64,000 nucleotides of DNA from Moniliella sp. 'wahieum' (lineage: Eukaryota), in the NCBI GenBank assembly GCA_003971905.1, contig RSEE01000126.1, forward strand, positions 62,001 to 126,000, given 5' to 3'. Below, piece by piece: positions 12,305-25,779 of the stretch. The notes beneath the pieces are model-generated. The model was not told the DNA's origin. It did no database searches and was given only the letters and a program-made list of their open reading frames with translations. The stretch's first letter is position 1. Every line of letters starts with the position of its first letter. Position numbers and translations under genes: made by a program.

Positions 12305-14069
12305 AGGCGGTGGGGCGATGGTGCGGATGCAGCGCATGGCGCGCAATTGGGCGCAGACAAAGGTGTTTGAAGAGCGCCTTCGCACTGCCTACGACCATCG
12401 TGGCCATATACGCCCCCGCCCTGCCTACCACCACCGCGGCCATATAATCGCTGCGGCGCCGAGTGAGCAACCAGTGGCGTAGAACAACGAGCACAGTGGT
12501 GGGGAGGATTGTATGGATGGCGAATTGTTATTGGGAGGAGTGTGTGGTGTGGGTGTAGGGAACGATTAGATTGGTGTTGGTGTTGGTAGGAGAGTGTGTG
12601 AGATTGCTATTATGACATGGTGCGTGACGCGTGACTGGGGCTAAGCGCTAACGCGTGATGAGAGAGATGCATGATGCCGATAGGGTGCTTCAGTCCATGC
12701 CACGGCCAGCTACAGGGGCGCTGTGCCTGCCCTCGGCGACACTCGGCCCCCGTGCCCAGGGGACACACACTGGGCTACTGCTGCCCTACCAGTGGCAGCA
12801 CCTGCGCCGCAGATATCTCGTCTCAGACCCTTCAAGCTTCAGCACGCACCAGACGGCAGGACGGCTCGGCGGTACATTGACCAACTAAGCGTGAGCGCCA
12901 GTGGCTCTCTCAGTACGAAGCACCAGAGAGCAGACCAGCTCGGCAGTCCAGAGTGACTACTACGTGACCTGACAGACAAGAAAACATGCCTATTGCATTC
13001 TATTAAGATGGTCGCGGCCGAACACTGCATTAACGGAGACCGGACAGAGACTGGAAATCGACGCGGCTGAAGGAGGGCTTGCGCGACTGGACTGATGGAG
13101 TGCTGGATGAGGAGGTCGGAAGAAGAGGCGGAGCTAAGAGGAGAGGAGGCTGCCTGTACTGGATCAATTGACTGGGAAACGGGCAGAAGTTGGATAGGAT
13201 AGTCCGGAAGGGACGAGAGAGTGGACAAAAGGGATGACGAGAATGGAAGGTGAGGGAAAGGATCCCCCATCAACCAGTGGTACAGGCTAGATCAAAAGGG
13301 AAACAGATACAAGAGGGGGTGCAGAAAGGAAGACACATCACAAGGGGTGTTGGTCGCCGCAGGCGCAACCATGTAAGGAGAAGGAAACGTGGACAGACGC
13401 GACAGCTGTCGTAAGGATACCGGGAGCTCGACGGCCTCATTTTAGCCACAGCCGACTTGGACTTGGGCGGTCGCGCGGGTTCATGGCTCTTCGGGCCACG
13501 GTGCCTAATTTAGCCAACCATCATCACACTTGGTTGGATTGCGGAGCACGCTTTACTGGGCATGTGCGGAGCAGGCGGGCCTTAGCTTGGATCGGACCAT
13601 CTCGGGTCCACCGCAGCCCGTAACAAGGGGGGGACGGTTATTGTCGCAAGGATACGTTCTCGGAGTGGTGGCCACTCTGGTTCGACCGACCATGATGGAA
13701 CTTGGTGTGGTTTGTGAGCGAACTCTATAGTTGAGCTTCCATGTGTAGAGCAGACGGGCCTCAGCATGGACTACGCCAGATCAGATCGGATCAGATGCGC
13801 CCCGTGATACATGGAGGGCGAACGTGGAAACGACGAGAATGTGATGAAGGCGAGCTGCGCGAGCTGTGTGGCAGCCGAGCAGGAACGGCAAAAAGACGGA
13901 TATCATGGAGGGGGAAAACTTGGAAGTAGATAGTGGGAAAGTATCTACTAAAGAATCAGCGTTCTTATAGCTGTAATACGGACGATTCCAAAAACAGATG
14001 CGTCACCGTGCTCACCCAAATCCGAAACACCGTCAAGAGGAGCCCAGAGCCAATTCATAAACTCTCTGC

Positions 14070-17050
14070 TCATCGATCGTACCCCGGATTTGAGGAGGAC
14101 GAACGCCGATCGCTGATCAGCACGGGAGGAAACGGGGGCTCTGTCCAGGCGTCTCTCTGCTTTCCCGCCCGCATCACCCGCACCGCCTGCCCTGAGACGA
14201 GGGAGAAATTGTGCCCTCTGATGAACTGCTCCAACTTTCCATGGACACTGCGGATCTCAATGAAGCGCGGACTGATCCCGATCACGTACTCGCCCTGCTG
14301 CACCACGCTCACGGGCTTACATTCCCACAGGAATGTTTTTTGCAGGCTGTCGGGCAAGACGGGCAAAGGCATGGGGGGCGCATTCGACGTAAATGCCACA
14401 GTCACGATAAGCAAGGAGAGAATAATGTTGCGCTCCGGATTGGACCCGGGGTAGGATGGCATGCAAAGCATCCCGAACACCTTACTTTTTTTCCAACTCC
14501 TTGCGCGCTTCCCTCATGTCGGGCGTTCCCTGGTTCATGATGGTTTCATGCAAGGAGGCTGGAGTAGCCCCAACATCGCCCGTTCTTCCCATGGAATGGT
14601 CGCACCCTTTGCCCCTGCCCCTGCCCCAGCCGCCAGCCCAGTCAGAAGACGAAACGCTAAAGTTGGGAAGACCGATGGGCGGCTTGGTCTGGTCCACGTC
14701 AATCATATCCACTCCAGCGTCATGGACGATGGCCACCCCAGTGTCGTACAATGAGATGCGGAAAGAGCCGGTGCGTTTGGCGGTCCCGAAGGATTTTGCC
14801 TCTTCAAAAATCGCGTCACAACAGGAAATCATATTATGTGCGGCTGTGTCGTCCGACGGGTGCGTACCAACCCATTTATCTTCTCCATCCGCGGGCCCCT
14901 TCACGAATGCGAGTCGCAGTTGACGGAAGCTCCGTTTTCCCTTTTGCTGCCAAACCAAGGTCGGCGTATGATTCACCATGCCAACAGTCATCTGTGCAAC
15001 CTGTTTCTTTCGTCTCCAGTTTATCTGCACCACCTCAACCCCCTCTTCGAATGGAGACACGCTTGAGGGTACAAGGGAGGCAATGGCATGGGCGTGCAGG
15101 TTGCCGTCCGACTGGAGGAGAAGTGTACCTTGATAAGCGCCCTCCACTCGCGCCGGAGTAAACAAGGCCATGTCTTCCACTTTTGTTGCCACATGGAGAA
15201 CTTGACTCATCTGCCCATTCGCACGTTCCCCAACCCACACCCCATGCGCGCAGCCACCGCCAAGAACTCGCGATCGTCGTGGGAGCGAAACACAAAATGG
15301 CCTTGACCAAATCACCAGACAAGTGCATACCGCTAGTTGAGATTAGGGGCGGAGCTACGTCTTGGCCTGCACAGGAAGCAATAAACGGTTGCTTGGACAG
15401 GAGGTTGAGACACATTGGCCCACCCATGGCGCTGAAAGTGTCCTGCCGGCGGTTCATGGGTGATGCCTTAGCTTAGTATACAGGTGTTTCCGAAGTTCAG
15501 GGTGAGAAATGTACAGCGTTAACAGGCCATGTGCGGCATGGCCCACGGAAAAGGGGTACCATTCCCTCCCCTCGTGTGTCTCGGCCGGGTCAGTGAATAA
15601 GCCCAACTCGAGACCACCTCGAGAGGGATGGGCTTTGCGCTGTGCGTCAGTCTCTTTTTGCAACAGTCATTCCGACGACAAATGTGCAGAGGGGAAGACG
15701 AAGTACTAGACGTACACGTTCGAACAGACGGGATCCCTTGGTTGTGCCGCAGGTTTCAAGGCCACGATCATAGGGTGGAAAGGATGTTCAGTGGTAAAAG
15801 TCACGGTTCGCCTAGCCCGGCAAGCCCGTCTCATAGAAAAACGTTTTGGGAGAAACCTGAACATCCTCGAGTATGAGCATGTACGAGTGAGTCACGACCA
15901 AACGTAGCTCCATCGCACCGGGGAAAGATTCGACGGGGTAATCGGCCACCACCCTTGCATCCGGTTGGTCCAATCCCACACTTTGCATAGTCATTGCGTC
16001 GCCAAGGGACGCGGTGCCCTTCCACAGGAGATTATGGTGCAAAAGGAACGCGTCGGCCCTGGCAATTTCCAAGAAGGGCAGCAAATCTTTGTCAATCCGG
16101 TCCGTTAGTTGCTCGATGATCTGTCGAGCGCGGTCCAATTGCACTGCCTCGCTCTGAGCATCCTCTCTCGACAAGTCGCGGGCATCGTTCCTGATTAACT
16201 TGTCGAGCAAGCGGCTGTACAGGCGCAAGAAAGAGATGCCTTTATCCATCATTAATTTGAGATCTCGCCTGTCATTTCCTCGCACATTGCGCAACATGAC
16301 TTGTGTGAAGTATGCAAACGGCGGGTTGCGCACACTTTCAAGGTGTAGCATCACCTTTGCCATTGGGAACCCCCTCATATAGCGCAGCACCGCCCTCTCC
16401 AGTAACCCATCTTCCACATACTCCAGCACCAGATCGCCTAGCCGCGACACGTAGCCAAGCTTCCCCGATGCCAGCACGCGTTGTCGCAGTTTGGCCAAAA
16501 AGAGTTCGGCGACCTCCAATAAGTCGTCTACCGAGGCTATGAGGTCTCTACACCACTTCGTTCGTAGTGCTGATTGGCCTGGTTGGTTGGAAGTCGATCC
16601 GCTTTGCACAGGTGCAAGCGGAGGGGCTGGATGATTGAGGAAGGAACCCTTCTTCCACCGCAGGAAGCAATACGGTGCGTAGCAGTCGGAAATCCGCCAC
16701 GAGCGAGGTATGATACGTGCAGAACGCGTACAAAGTATTTTGCCTTTGAACCTCTAGATCCCTGGACCGCGTGGGCAGCGCCAACGGGGCATTTGAGGAC
16801 ACTCCCTCCCATGCCGGTATGCAACAGTTGCCTACAATGTTGTAGTGCAAGATGGCCTCCAAGGTGTCGTCCAGTCGCTCGTTTACCGGCCGACCATCAA
16901 TGGCGAACATGGTCGCCGTATCGGGGAGTGTAGGGGTGGAAGGAATCAGGTGTTGGATCGCATGCTCCTGGTGCTGCAGTTGTTCCCGAGGGGGTAGTGT
17001 CGTCTCAACTGTTAGGGCGGAGTGGGAAAGCGCAGGGGGGAGTTGTCCAT
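14070..17050 (-). CDS. Highly divergent Rom2/Tus1-like RhoGEF (DH-PH-CNH architecture)
   Basis: DH-like segments QRQNTLYAFCTYHTSLVADFRLLRTV, LGDLVLEYV, ESVRNPPFAYF and KGISFLRLYSRLL. The CNH C-terminal signature is WECKPVSVVQQGEYVIGISPRFIEIRSVHGKLEQFIRG. Split over several frames. Confidence 0.7.
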
Positions 17051-18449
17051 TATATCGGTGAGGATAAGGGTGTGGCGAGATGGTGGCGGTGCGGGGACGG
17101 TGGCGATGGCGGTGGCGGGGGCAAGTGGTGGTGAAGGAGGGAGGGGGAGCGACTGGTTACTAGGCGATGATATAGGTTGCCAGCCGCTGCGGTAGATTCG
17201 CGCGGTTGGAGCAGCTGGATGAAGCACTGCCTTCTTAACCGTTAGCGGTTAACGCCGTCGCGTGGGGCTAATTAATTAATTGCCCGTGCACCCCCGCTGC
17301 GCCACTCGACCTACGCCACCTAGTAGGCGCCCACTGCGGTCGCAACGCAGCACCAACACGTATTGTAACCGCACCACCAGACCCGGCCAGGGTACTGACA
17401 GCGTGCCTTGCGTGTGGGGGCAGCTAGCGATCAGTGTCCAACGTGACGCGTGACTGTTGAATGGCGGCTGTCGTGCGGCTGCGGCTGCGTAGATAACCTG
17501 GTAGGCTTCCAAGAGAGCCAAAGACAGTGGCAAGTTGGGCTTCGACCGCCTAAGAACTGAAAGACCGTATCAACCCGCCGGTGTTGTAGCAGCACTACTG
17601 TACTGGCAAGCTGATTGCGTTAGGGCGGTGCAAGATGCGTCGGCGTTCCAGCCGACCCGGTCGAGAAGCGAGAAGCGAGACGCGAGAAGCGGACGGAGGA
17701 GCGCGGGTCGGCTGGAGGCCAACTGAGGCGAGCCACATATATAATGAAGACCGAGATGAAGCTCGTCTTTCAGCACAACGTGGCGGAACGCAGGCGAAGC
17801 TCCAGCACTCGGAACAGGAGCGGTATGCGGTATGCATGGCATGTCGGTAAGATGAGAAGCTGCATTGGAAGGCCAACGTGCCCATCTCGAGCAACGCAAG
17901 GACCGCACCCAACTCGACCGCTCCATCAGCGGCGTCTCCCCCCTCGGCAAATCAACCCACAAGAAAAAAGGCTTCTCGCTGCGTTCGTAACGCTTAACTC
18001 GGTCTCGTTTGTGTTCCTTCGTTTGTTTCTCGAGTCGTTTGTTCCTCGTTTGTTCCTCGTTTGGTCCTTGTTTGCACTTTGTTCGCAAAGTCAACCGCGC
18101 GACAGTGGACCTGTCGCTTTCGTTCATTTCCTCAATCCCCTCCCCTACCATCTGTGGTGCTCTACCCTTTCTACGGTCAAGTTGCATGGTTCGAATGTGT
18201 TGCGTTGCGGGTCGCCTTTCCTTTTGTTCTCCTCACCCCACCCCCATCCCCACCTTTGTAGAAGCGTATTCCTGCATGCTCCGTGCCTCCCTCCTCCTCC
18301 CTCGGCTCTCTGTCCTGGTTCTGGACTTTGTTGTTCTGCGACCCCCCGCAGGGGAAGCACCAATAGCGAATAACAGACAGACATGGCAAAGCGGAATCGG
18401 CGCAGGCTGCCGCCCCGCCCCTCTGTACAGCCCGTACAGGCATGCGTAC

Positions 18450-19372
18450 TTACTTTTTGACCGCCATGATTTCGAACACGCTCAGCATGGCAAGCACGTG
18501 TAGAACAAGCCGAGCGGATAGGCGACCAACAACCGTTGCTCGCTCATGCCTGTAATCGAAACAAAGATGCCCGACGCACTGGATGCACACCACAAAATCG
18601 TGAGCGAGGCAAACAAGTACCCGTACCATTGACTGTACCCCCGCCCACAACCGACCGCGCCCGCGCGAGTCGCCGTCAGTACTGTGCCTTGTTGTGGATC
18701 GAAGAGAGCCGGAGGGAGAGAGGGAGAGAGGCAGAGGGAAGACGTACTCGAGCCGCAAAAAGAGCCTACAAACGCCGGAAGGCAGAGAGGCAAGATGCAG
18801 TAGCCGAGCACGGAGGAAACGCGGTACATGTCAATTCCATCTTCCAGCATCATGTTGAGCAGGAGGTAGATGGAGATGTCGCGAGCACGGCGACGCCGTA
18901 GATGTAGCCAAACTGGGACTTGCCCGCCAAGAGCAGCATGGTGCCAAACAGCATGCAGAAGATAAAGGGGCCGGCGAGGTCGGCATCGTCCATCATGTGG
19001 GCGTCGCGCGGGTGGGAGGAGGAGTAGGAGTGGAAGGGGGACAGGACGGTGAGGGTCTTGTCGCGGATGTGGCCGAGGTTGATGCCGAGCTCCTCGAGGA
19101 GGCCTGGCTCGTCGGGGAAGCCGCCGGTGGTGAGGGCGTCCCAGAGGGTCATCTCGCCGCCGACGCGGCCGGAGAGGCCGGCGGGCGTGGAGGATAGGCG
19201 CTGGCCATGGAGCCCTCGAGGGGGGGGTGGAGAGGGAGCGCCGGGGGCGGGCGGGGGGGCGTACGCGTCCTGCGCGTATCCGCCGCTGTAGAACTGGAGG
19301 CGGGCGCGGCGCGCGCGTAGGGATCGTACCCGCCGCCGCGTAGGGCGTGGAGGAGTCGAAGAGCGCAGACAT
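18450..19372 (-). CDS. YIP1: Yip1 ER-Golgi transport membrane protein
   Basis: [53 protein letters not shown] and [13 protein letters not shown]; intron near 18670-18750. Confidence 0.93.
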
Positions 19373-19540
19373 GGCGTGGCGGTGGCAGCGCAACAGCGCC
19401 GCCCAGGCGACCCAGCCGGCGAGCAGCTGGCGACGGCGCCCTGCCACGTCATGGCGGTCGTCCTCAGCGGATGGGCTGCCCAGTAGGGTTGGCCTGCGTG
19501 GGGTTACCGTCGGCATGCAACTGCGCCCCGCTAGCACCAC

Positions 19541-19627
19541 TCCTCGATGGTCCAACGGCTATGATGTGACGCTCCACTGCCCCCGCGCAGGATCCGTCAA
19601 GACCCGGGTTCGATCCCGGTCGGGGAA
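19541..19627 (+). tRNA. Intron-containing tRNA, most likely tRNA-Gly; the anticodon loop as written is ambiguous
   Basis: Acceptor stem TCCTCGA/TCGGGGA, D-arm TGGTCCAACGG, anticodon stem TGACG/CGTCA with a short insert of about 17 nt, T-arm CCGGGTTCGATCCCGG, and a T6 Pol III terminator at 19629. Confidence 0.85.
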
Positions 19628-19806
19628 CTTTTTTCCTGCGCCATGCAAATGCGCGGTGCCGAGCGCAGCGCGGCTGACCTAAGCACGGGGCCACCGCTGG
19701 CTGGCTGCTCGTCGGCGCCGCCTGCTGGGCCTTTGCCGCCGCCCTCGCCCTCGCCGCCGCCATCGCCACCGCCGTCGCCACCACCGGCCCCAGCCCCATC
19801 GCCCAC

Positions 19807-21535
19807 ATGTACCCCTACCGCCCGCCCCCCGCCGACGCCGACGCCACCGCCAGCCTCGCCCAGGGCATGTCCGCCGTCGCCCTCGACGACGCCTACGCCG
19901 CGCCCGCCGCTCCCCCCGCCGCCGCCTTCTACCCCCAGCCCGCCTCGCCCCGCCGCCCGCCGCTACGAGTACGACGCCGACTATGCCTCCGCCGCCGGCC
20001 CCAGCCACACCGCCGCCGCCCCGCCCCCCCCCGTCCCCGCCCCCGCCCCCGCCCCCGCCGTCCCCGCCGCCGCGCGCGCCGCAAGCCCGCCAAGCCCCTC
20101 GGCGGCGCCCCCACCCCCCCTTCAACAAGGCCTTTGTCGACGAGTACCGCACCCATGAAGGCCGACCCCGACCCCGAGGCGCAGTTTGCCTATGTCCAGT
20201 ACCTCATCGAGGCCGCCCGCCGCATTGCCGACCCAAGCGACTCGGCCAAGCAGCAGCGCAAGTACCGCGATGCGTTGCTCCAGGAAGCGCTCAAGCTCGT
20301 CAAGCGGCTCGCTACCACGGGTGCGTCGGTGAGTGACCGCCATGCCTCCCGCCCTCCTCGGCGGCCACGGCGGTGCCGTATGCCGAGGCACAATTCTTCC
20401 TTGCCAACTGCTTTGGCAACGCTCTCTTGGCTTGGCCGTCGACCACGAAAGGCATACAACCTCTACGTCCAGGCCAGCAAACAAAATCACCCCCCGGCTG
20501 CCACCTACCGCACCCCGCCGGCTTTCCGAAGTGGGCGCCGGCACGAAGCGCGACCCGGCACGCGCAGTGCAATTTTATCGCAAGCGTTCCGCCTTGGACG
20601 ACACGGCGGGCATGTACAAGTACGGCATGATCCTTCTTCATGGCTGGCTCGGCGTGCCCAAGAACCCACGCGAAGCATTGGTCTGGCTACGCCGTGCGGC
20701 CGACCAAGCGGACGAAGAGACGCCACATGCGCTGCACGAGCTGGCGCTGCTGTACGAGCGCGCTCCGGCTCCGTCCCACCCCAACGCACGCACGCCGTCG
20801 TCTTGCGCGACGAACAGTACGCCCGCGACCTCGAGTTGGCCGCGGCGCAGTTGGGCTACGCACCGGCCGCGGCGCGCTTGGGCGTCGCATACGAGTTTGG
20901 GCAACTGCCTGCCCCGTGGACCCCGTCGGAGCATTGGGTGGTACACGCGCGCAGCGCCAAGGGCCATGCCGAGGCCGAAATCGCCTTGTCGGGATGGTAC
21001 TTGACCGGTGCCGAGGGCGTGCTGGGCCAGTCGGATGCCGAGGCGTATCTCTGGGCCCGCAGGGCCGCCAGCAGCACAATCCCAAGGCTGAGTATGCGGT
21101 TGGGTACTACACCGAAGTTGGAATGGCGTCGAGGCCGATCCGGTCGAGGCGAAAAAGTGGTACATGCGCGCAGCAGGTACGTTGGATTTGGTTTTGGTTT
21201 GGTGTTAGTTTTGGTGTTGGTTTGGTGTTGGTTTGGGTGTGTGTTGGGGTCGCTCCACATCCAGCAGAGAGGGAGGGAGAAAAGAAAAAGGAAACACCCC
21301 CCACACCCCCCACACACCAACCGTACGCAACTAGCTGCTGCGACGCACCGAACGTGAGCAATACTGACTGACTGACTTTGGATCTGCTTCGGATCGATGT
21401 GACCTTGCTTGCTATGGACACGCAAGGCAACAAGGCGGCTGTGGACCGGCTGGCCGAACTCAAAAGGCAAGGTGGCGGCCAAAAGGGTCCCGACCGACGC
21501 GCAAAGATGCCGAATCCGAGTGTGTGGTTATGTGA
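19807..21535 (+). CDS. SKT5: Sel1-repeat chitin synthase activator (Skt5/Chs4)
   Basis: PFNKAFVDEYR..KADPDPEAQFAY, PYAEAQFFLANC, YVQASKQNH, GMYKYGMILL, PHALHELALLYE and AEIALSGWYLTGAEGVL; C-terminal CaaX DAESECVVM*; intron from 21177. Confidence 0.9.
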
Positions 21536-21693
21536 CTGGTTCGCTGCTGCGGACGACCGAGCCTCGGGTCCACCTGTCCCGCTTCCTGCTTCCTGCTTCA
21601 AGGTTCCAGCTCTAAGCTTCAAGCGTCCGGTTCAGGCTCAGGCTCAGGCTCAGGTTCAAGTTCAAGGGCTGGAGGGTTAATGCATACTGGAGA

Positions 21694-24215
21694 CTACGGG
21701 GGTCGCTCCTCGCGCCTGCTCGGGTGGCTCTTGATGCTGGTGGAGGGGGGTGTTGTGGGCGGTTGGCTCGCGGCCGACGGGACGCTGGAGGAGCTACATC
21801 CTACCTGGCCTGTCGGCGCACGAGGACCCGTGCATGCAAGATGAAGTTGAAGATGAAGATGGGGATACCGAGATGGAGAGGGTCGGAGGGGCAGGGGGGG
21901 GGACGTGGACTTGTGTGCGCTACGGCTATTGCTAGTGTTACGTTCGTTAGAGCAGCAGGTACTCGTTCCATGGCCTGCCGTCGGCCTGGACACAGCAACC
22001 TACGCTGATCAATGCAATCGCTCAACCACTCCAACTTGACCAGCGGCACGGTGCCGAGGTGGGTGACGCCGAGCTTGTGCAGCTCGACGCGCGCTTGGGC
22101 GGACGAATAGGATGTCAGCACGTACAGAACGCTCGCCCGCGCCGCGCGAGGGGACGTGAGGCCCATCCAGTGCACCTTGGCTTGCAGCTCGGTAGCCATC
22201 GACGTTCCGCACTCGCGGTGGTGGTGGTGGGACCTGGGCGGGAGAGGCGGAGGCCAAGGCGGTAAGTAGGTCGGTAGCCACCGCCGCACCATGGGACAAC
22301 AACGGTTGACCCACACGAATAGTCGTTGGTCGTACGTGGCCAGGAGGTAGACTGCGCAGCGGGACAACAAGCCCGGTGGGAAGGGACGGTTGTCCGCATG
22401 GCGCGACGGGCGCGCCGGCGAGCGTACGCGGGATGGCAGGACACCGTTGTGCGACCCATTCCAGGTGCGCGGGCAGGGTGCGGATCTTGGCGCCCTTGGC
22501 CGACGGCGGCAGGGGCATCGTCGTAGCCCGCGCCGCAGCCCGTTTCGTCCACTCGCCACGTCTTTGCTTGTCGAGCCGGACTCGAGCTGGAGCTCGAGCG
22601 GGTCGGAGCAGCGGGTGCGCGCCCCGCCCGCACGGCACCGGCATCCCACTGGACGACGCAACCGCTTGTGCTGCACGGCTGCCACCTCTCGGCGGGACCC
22701 CGCCGCGATGGCGAGCCGACGTCGTTTCCGTTTCCGCGCCGTGTTCATGTCGTCATCCGGCGCAAACGAACGCAGCGCCGCGGGGGCGGTGAGGCTGCTG
22801 ACGGTGGCGGTGGCGGTGGCAGAAGTGGGTAGGATGGCCCGCTTGGGTGGGAGGTTGGTAGCGTGCTTCGGGGGGCGAAGGCGAGTCGGGTCGGGGCGTG
22901 CTTGCGTCGGTTCGCGGCAGAACGGCGGGCAAAGTACGCACGCTGTCCCTCTCCTCTCCCTCCCTCTCCCTCTCCCTCTCCCTCTCCCTCTCCCTCTCCC
23001 TCTCCCTCTCCCTCTCCCTCTCCCTCTCCCTCTCCCTCTCCCTTGCGCCCATGGTTTCGCTCTCGGGCGGGGGCGCAAAGTGCAGGACGGTGGCTGAGGG
23101 GGGCTTGGCCATCCGGGCCGCCAAGCGGCCCGGCCCCGCCCGTCCGACGTGCCGGCGCGAGGTCGAGGTGGCGGTGGCGGACGAGTGCGCTGCTCGAGTC
23201 GGACCGGGCGGGCGCGGGCGCGTGTGCGGGCGCAAGCACTGTTCCCCCCAAGGTATGGGCAACACTTTCAGTTGGCTTGAGCCTGCTCGCTCATCTCCAT
23301 TTCCGAATGAAATCGTCAGTCCCTCTCCGGGCGCGACGTCGAGACTAGGATCGGTCACATCTTGGCTCTCAAGCCACCGCGTGGAAACGTGCGTTCGTGT
23401 CCGGGTTTGCGGTCGAGCTTGCGCGGGAGCTTGTGGGGGAGGTGGAAGTGGACGGGAAGGAGCGGCAGACACAGGATCCCGCCATGCTGGTTCGGTGGGA
23501 TGCGTCGGAGGAGCAGCAGGAGCAAGAGGAGCTGGCCGGGAAGGCCGACGTCGGGGCAGGGCCGGACCGGAAGCAAGTTCCCTATCGGGCCAGGCCGAGT
23601 CTTCGGTCAAACTGGCAGTTTGGCTCGCTGCGCCCCATGCCGAACGAGGACGCGGCCGTGGCTCACGTTCCGGCATGGCGGGCGCCTCGTCGAGCGGAGG
23701 CATACTCCCCTCCCGACTCCTCTCGCTCCCATCCGACTCGCCTTCTTCCAACACGGGCAATCGTGTTCGGCGGGTTGCAGGCCCAGGCGATGGCCCAGGA
23801 GAAGGTCCGGATGAAGGCGCGCGGGCCATGTCGCGCAGCGCCGGGTGGATCGTCGGTGGGGCAGGCGTTTCACCGCTGTTGGCTAGCAAGGGGGCGGAGG
23901 CGGAGGCAGGGCATCAGGACGTTGATCTTGATCAGCATGATCCGAGGTCCGAAGCAGGCTGTCGTGCCCCAAGGAGGCGGAAGGGCGGGTGGGCGGAGGG
24001 GCGAGTAGTGTGTGCCAGGTGGGCGAGGTGGTGGTGCGGCGGGCACAACGGACGAGGCGGGCGTCGACGTGGGCCCAGTCGAACGCGATGGCCGCCGCTC
24101 GTGGTGGGCTACGCGGGGCGGCACACAGACGGAGACGGTGCTGGGCAATGCGCTGGTCGGCGGCGCGGAGTCGCTTGGCGTGCTCGGCGCCGGCGGAGGG
24201 AGCCGGGTGGGCCAT
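21694..24215 (-). CDS. Low-complexity protein with a C-terminal BRCT-like domain
   Basis: BRCT C-terminal signature VPLVKLEWLSDCIDQRRLL. Upstream Pro/Ser-rich ORFs start from ATG 24215. Both ends are uncertain. Confidence 0.55.
22958..23043. repeat. (CTCTCC)n hexamer microsatellite, about 14 units, within a coding region
   Basis: Directly visible perfect hexamer run. Confidence 0.95.
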
Positions 24216-24767
24216 TCTGCGTGGCGGCACACAACGCCGCCTGAGCACGAGTGCTTGCGGGCAGTGGTGGCGACGGTGGCGACGGTGGCGACGGTGGCGA
24301 CGGTGGAGTTCGCGCGCTCCCAGCGGGCGCGGGAAAGAGTCGGGCCGAGGGGAAACGGGCGAGAGGATGGATGTTGAATGGCTCGCGACGAATCCAGTCT
24401 TTAACAGGCCAACAGCCGCAAAAGCCCGCGCGTCACATTCCATTCCGCCGGTGGTTAAAGCACCTGTCACCCATTTTCCAGAGCACGTATATATAGCAGG
24501 ACACCTACCTATACCTCGTCTATGGCCACCACGACCCACCTAGCTAACGGCGGGCAGACTGCCCTTGGCCCAACATTCCTAATACCGACCTTATACGGGC
24601 GCTCAAGGCATGCGCCTCCTGAGCCAGGCAAAAGACACAGGTATGTCACGGTGACATCATCTGCATCATCGGATAGGCCCCATTTCGAGTCGCGAGGAAA
24701 ATGCACTACAACCACAACGCCAAAGACAGAGCTGGCCACAGAACGAACGGGCGAGGGGAACGAAAAG

Positions 24768-25412
24768 TGTAAGACCGGAGGAACCCAAGGGATTGGGTGA
24801 AGAACCTCTGGAAATGTAGAGCAATGCAATCGCGATGGTGGTGGTTTTGGTCTAAGCCTTGTGCCACACCTAGAGACAGGGGTTCAGACAAGCCTGAGTA
24901 TACACGTGGAGGCTTCGGAGGACAAATCAGGGGTGAAGGGTGATGAGGCGCCTTGGCCTAAGTACGGGACCACGGGTCCCAACAAAAAGGAGAGAGAACA
25001 GCAAGGATGTGTCGGGTGGTATCTAGAAAAGCATAAGAGGGACAGTAAGTGAGGGGGGGAGATCCGTAACGATATGCCGTTCGGCCAACAAAATAACACT
25101 GTGCCTGGTTGATATCGAAAGAACATGCATCTTATGATCCTGGTGACCCCGACGTCCTAAGTGCAGTTATGCAATGGCAGAGAGAAGACAGGAGCTGAGT
25201 TGAACCCAGACTGAGGATCAGAAGAAGAAGGAGAAGAAGGAGAAGAAAGGAGAGCGGCACTAGGCCAGGGGATAGGGATACTGGTGTGGTGCCCGGATGA
25301 GTAAGATGGTCAGGAGTGCCGCGGAGGTGGCTGGCCCATAGGACCCTGGTCAACAGCATCTCCCACGGGGAGGTGCGACGGAAGGAGACACACACTTGCT
25401 CAAAACGTTACA
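24768..25412. mobile_element. Probable solo LTR (TGTAA...TTACA), about 645 bp
   Basis: Terminal inverted TGTAA/TTACA. The first ~210 bp match 30930-31140 in inverted orientation. No clean TSD (AAAAG versus GAAGA). Confidence 0.6.
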
Positions 25413-25779
25413 GAAGATCTACCAAAAGGCAAATGGGAAGGTAGGGTCTACCCGATACACGTGCTCAGTTTGAGAGAAAAAATATTGCAGAGTGAATCAT
25501 TTAAAGAAGGAAAAGCAACTAAGGGGAAAAGCCCAGAAACCAGTCTGGTCCGACCCGTTATTGGTGTTGATCAACGTTCCGATTCTTCGGTTCCTGCAAA
25601 GCCAACGGGGCGGAGGGGGGAGAGAGAGAAGGGGGAAGTATGGGGGGTTGAGGGCCACACAGTGACCTTTCCATCGAGGTAACCCAGCACAAATCCAACC
25701 GGAACCAGCTGACCCAGCTGACCCAGCTGAACAAACTGAACAAAATTGAACACAAAACGAAATAGAGTAATAGAGACCT

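Noticed and set aside
21521..21535. CaaX motif (CVVM) as a sign of a lipopeptide pheromone
   Set aside because: It is the expected prenylated C-terminus of Skt5/Chs4.
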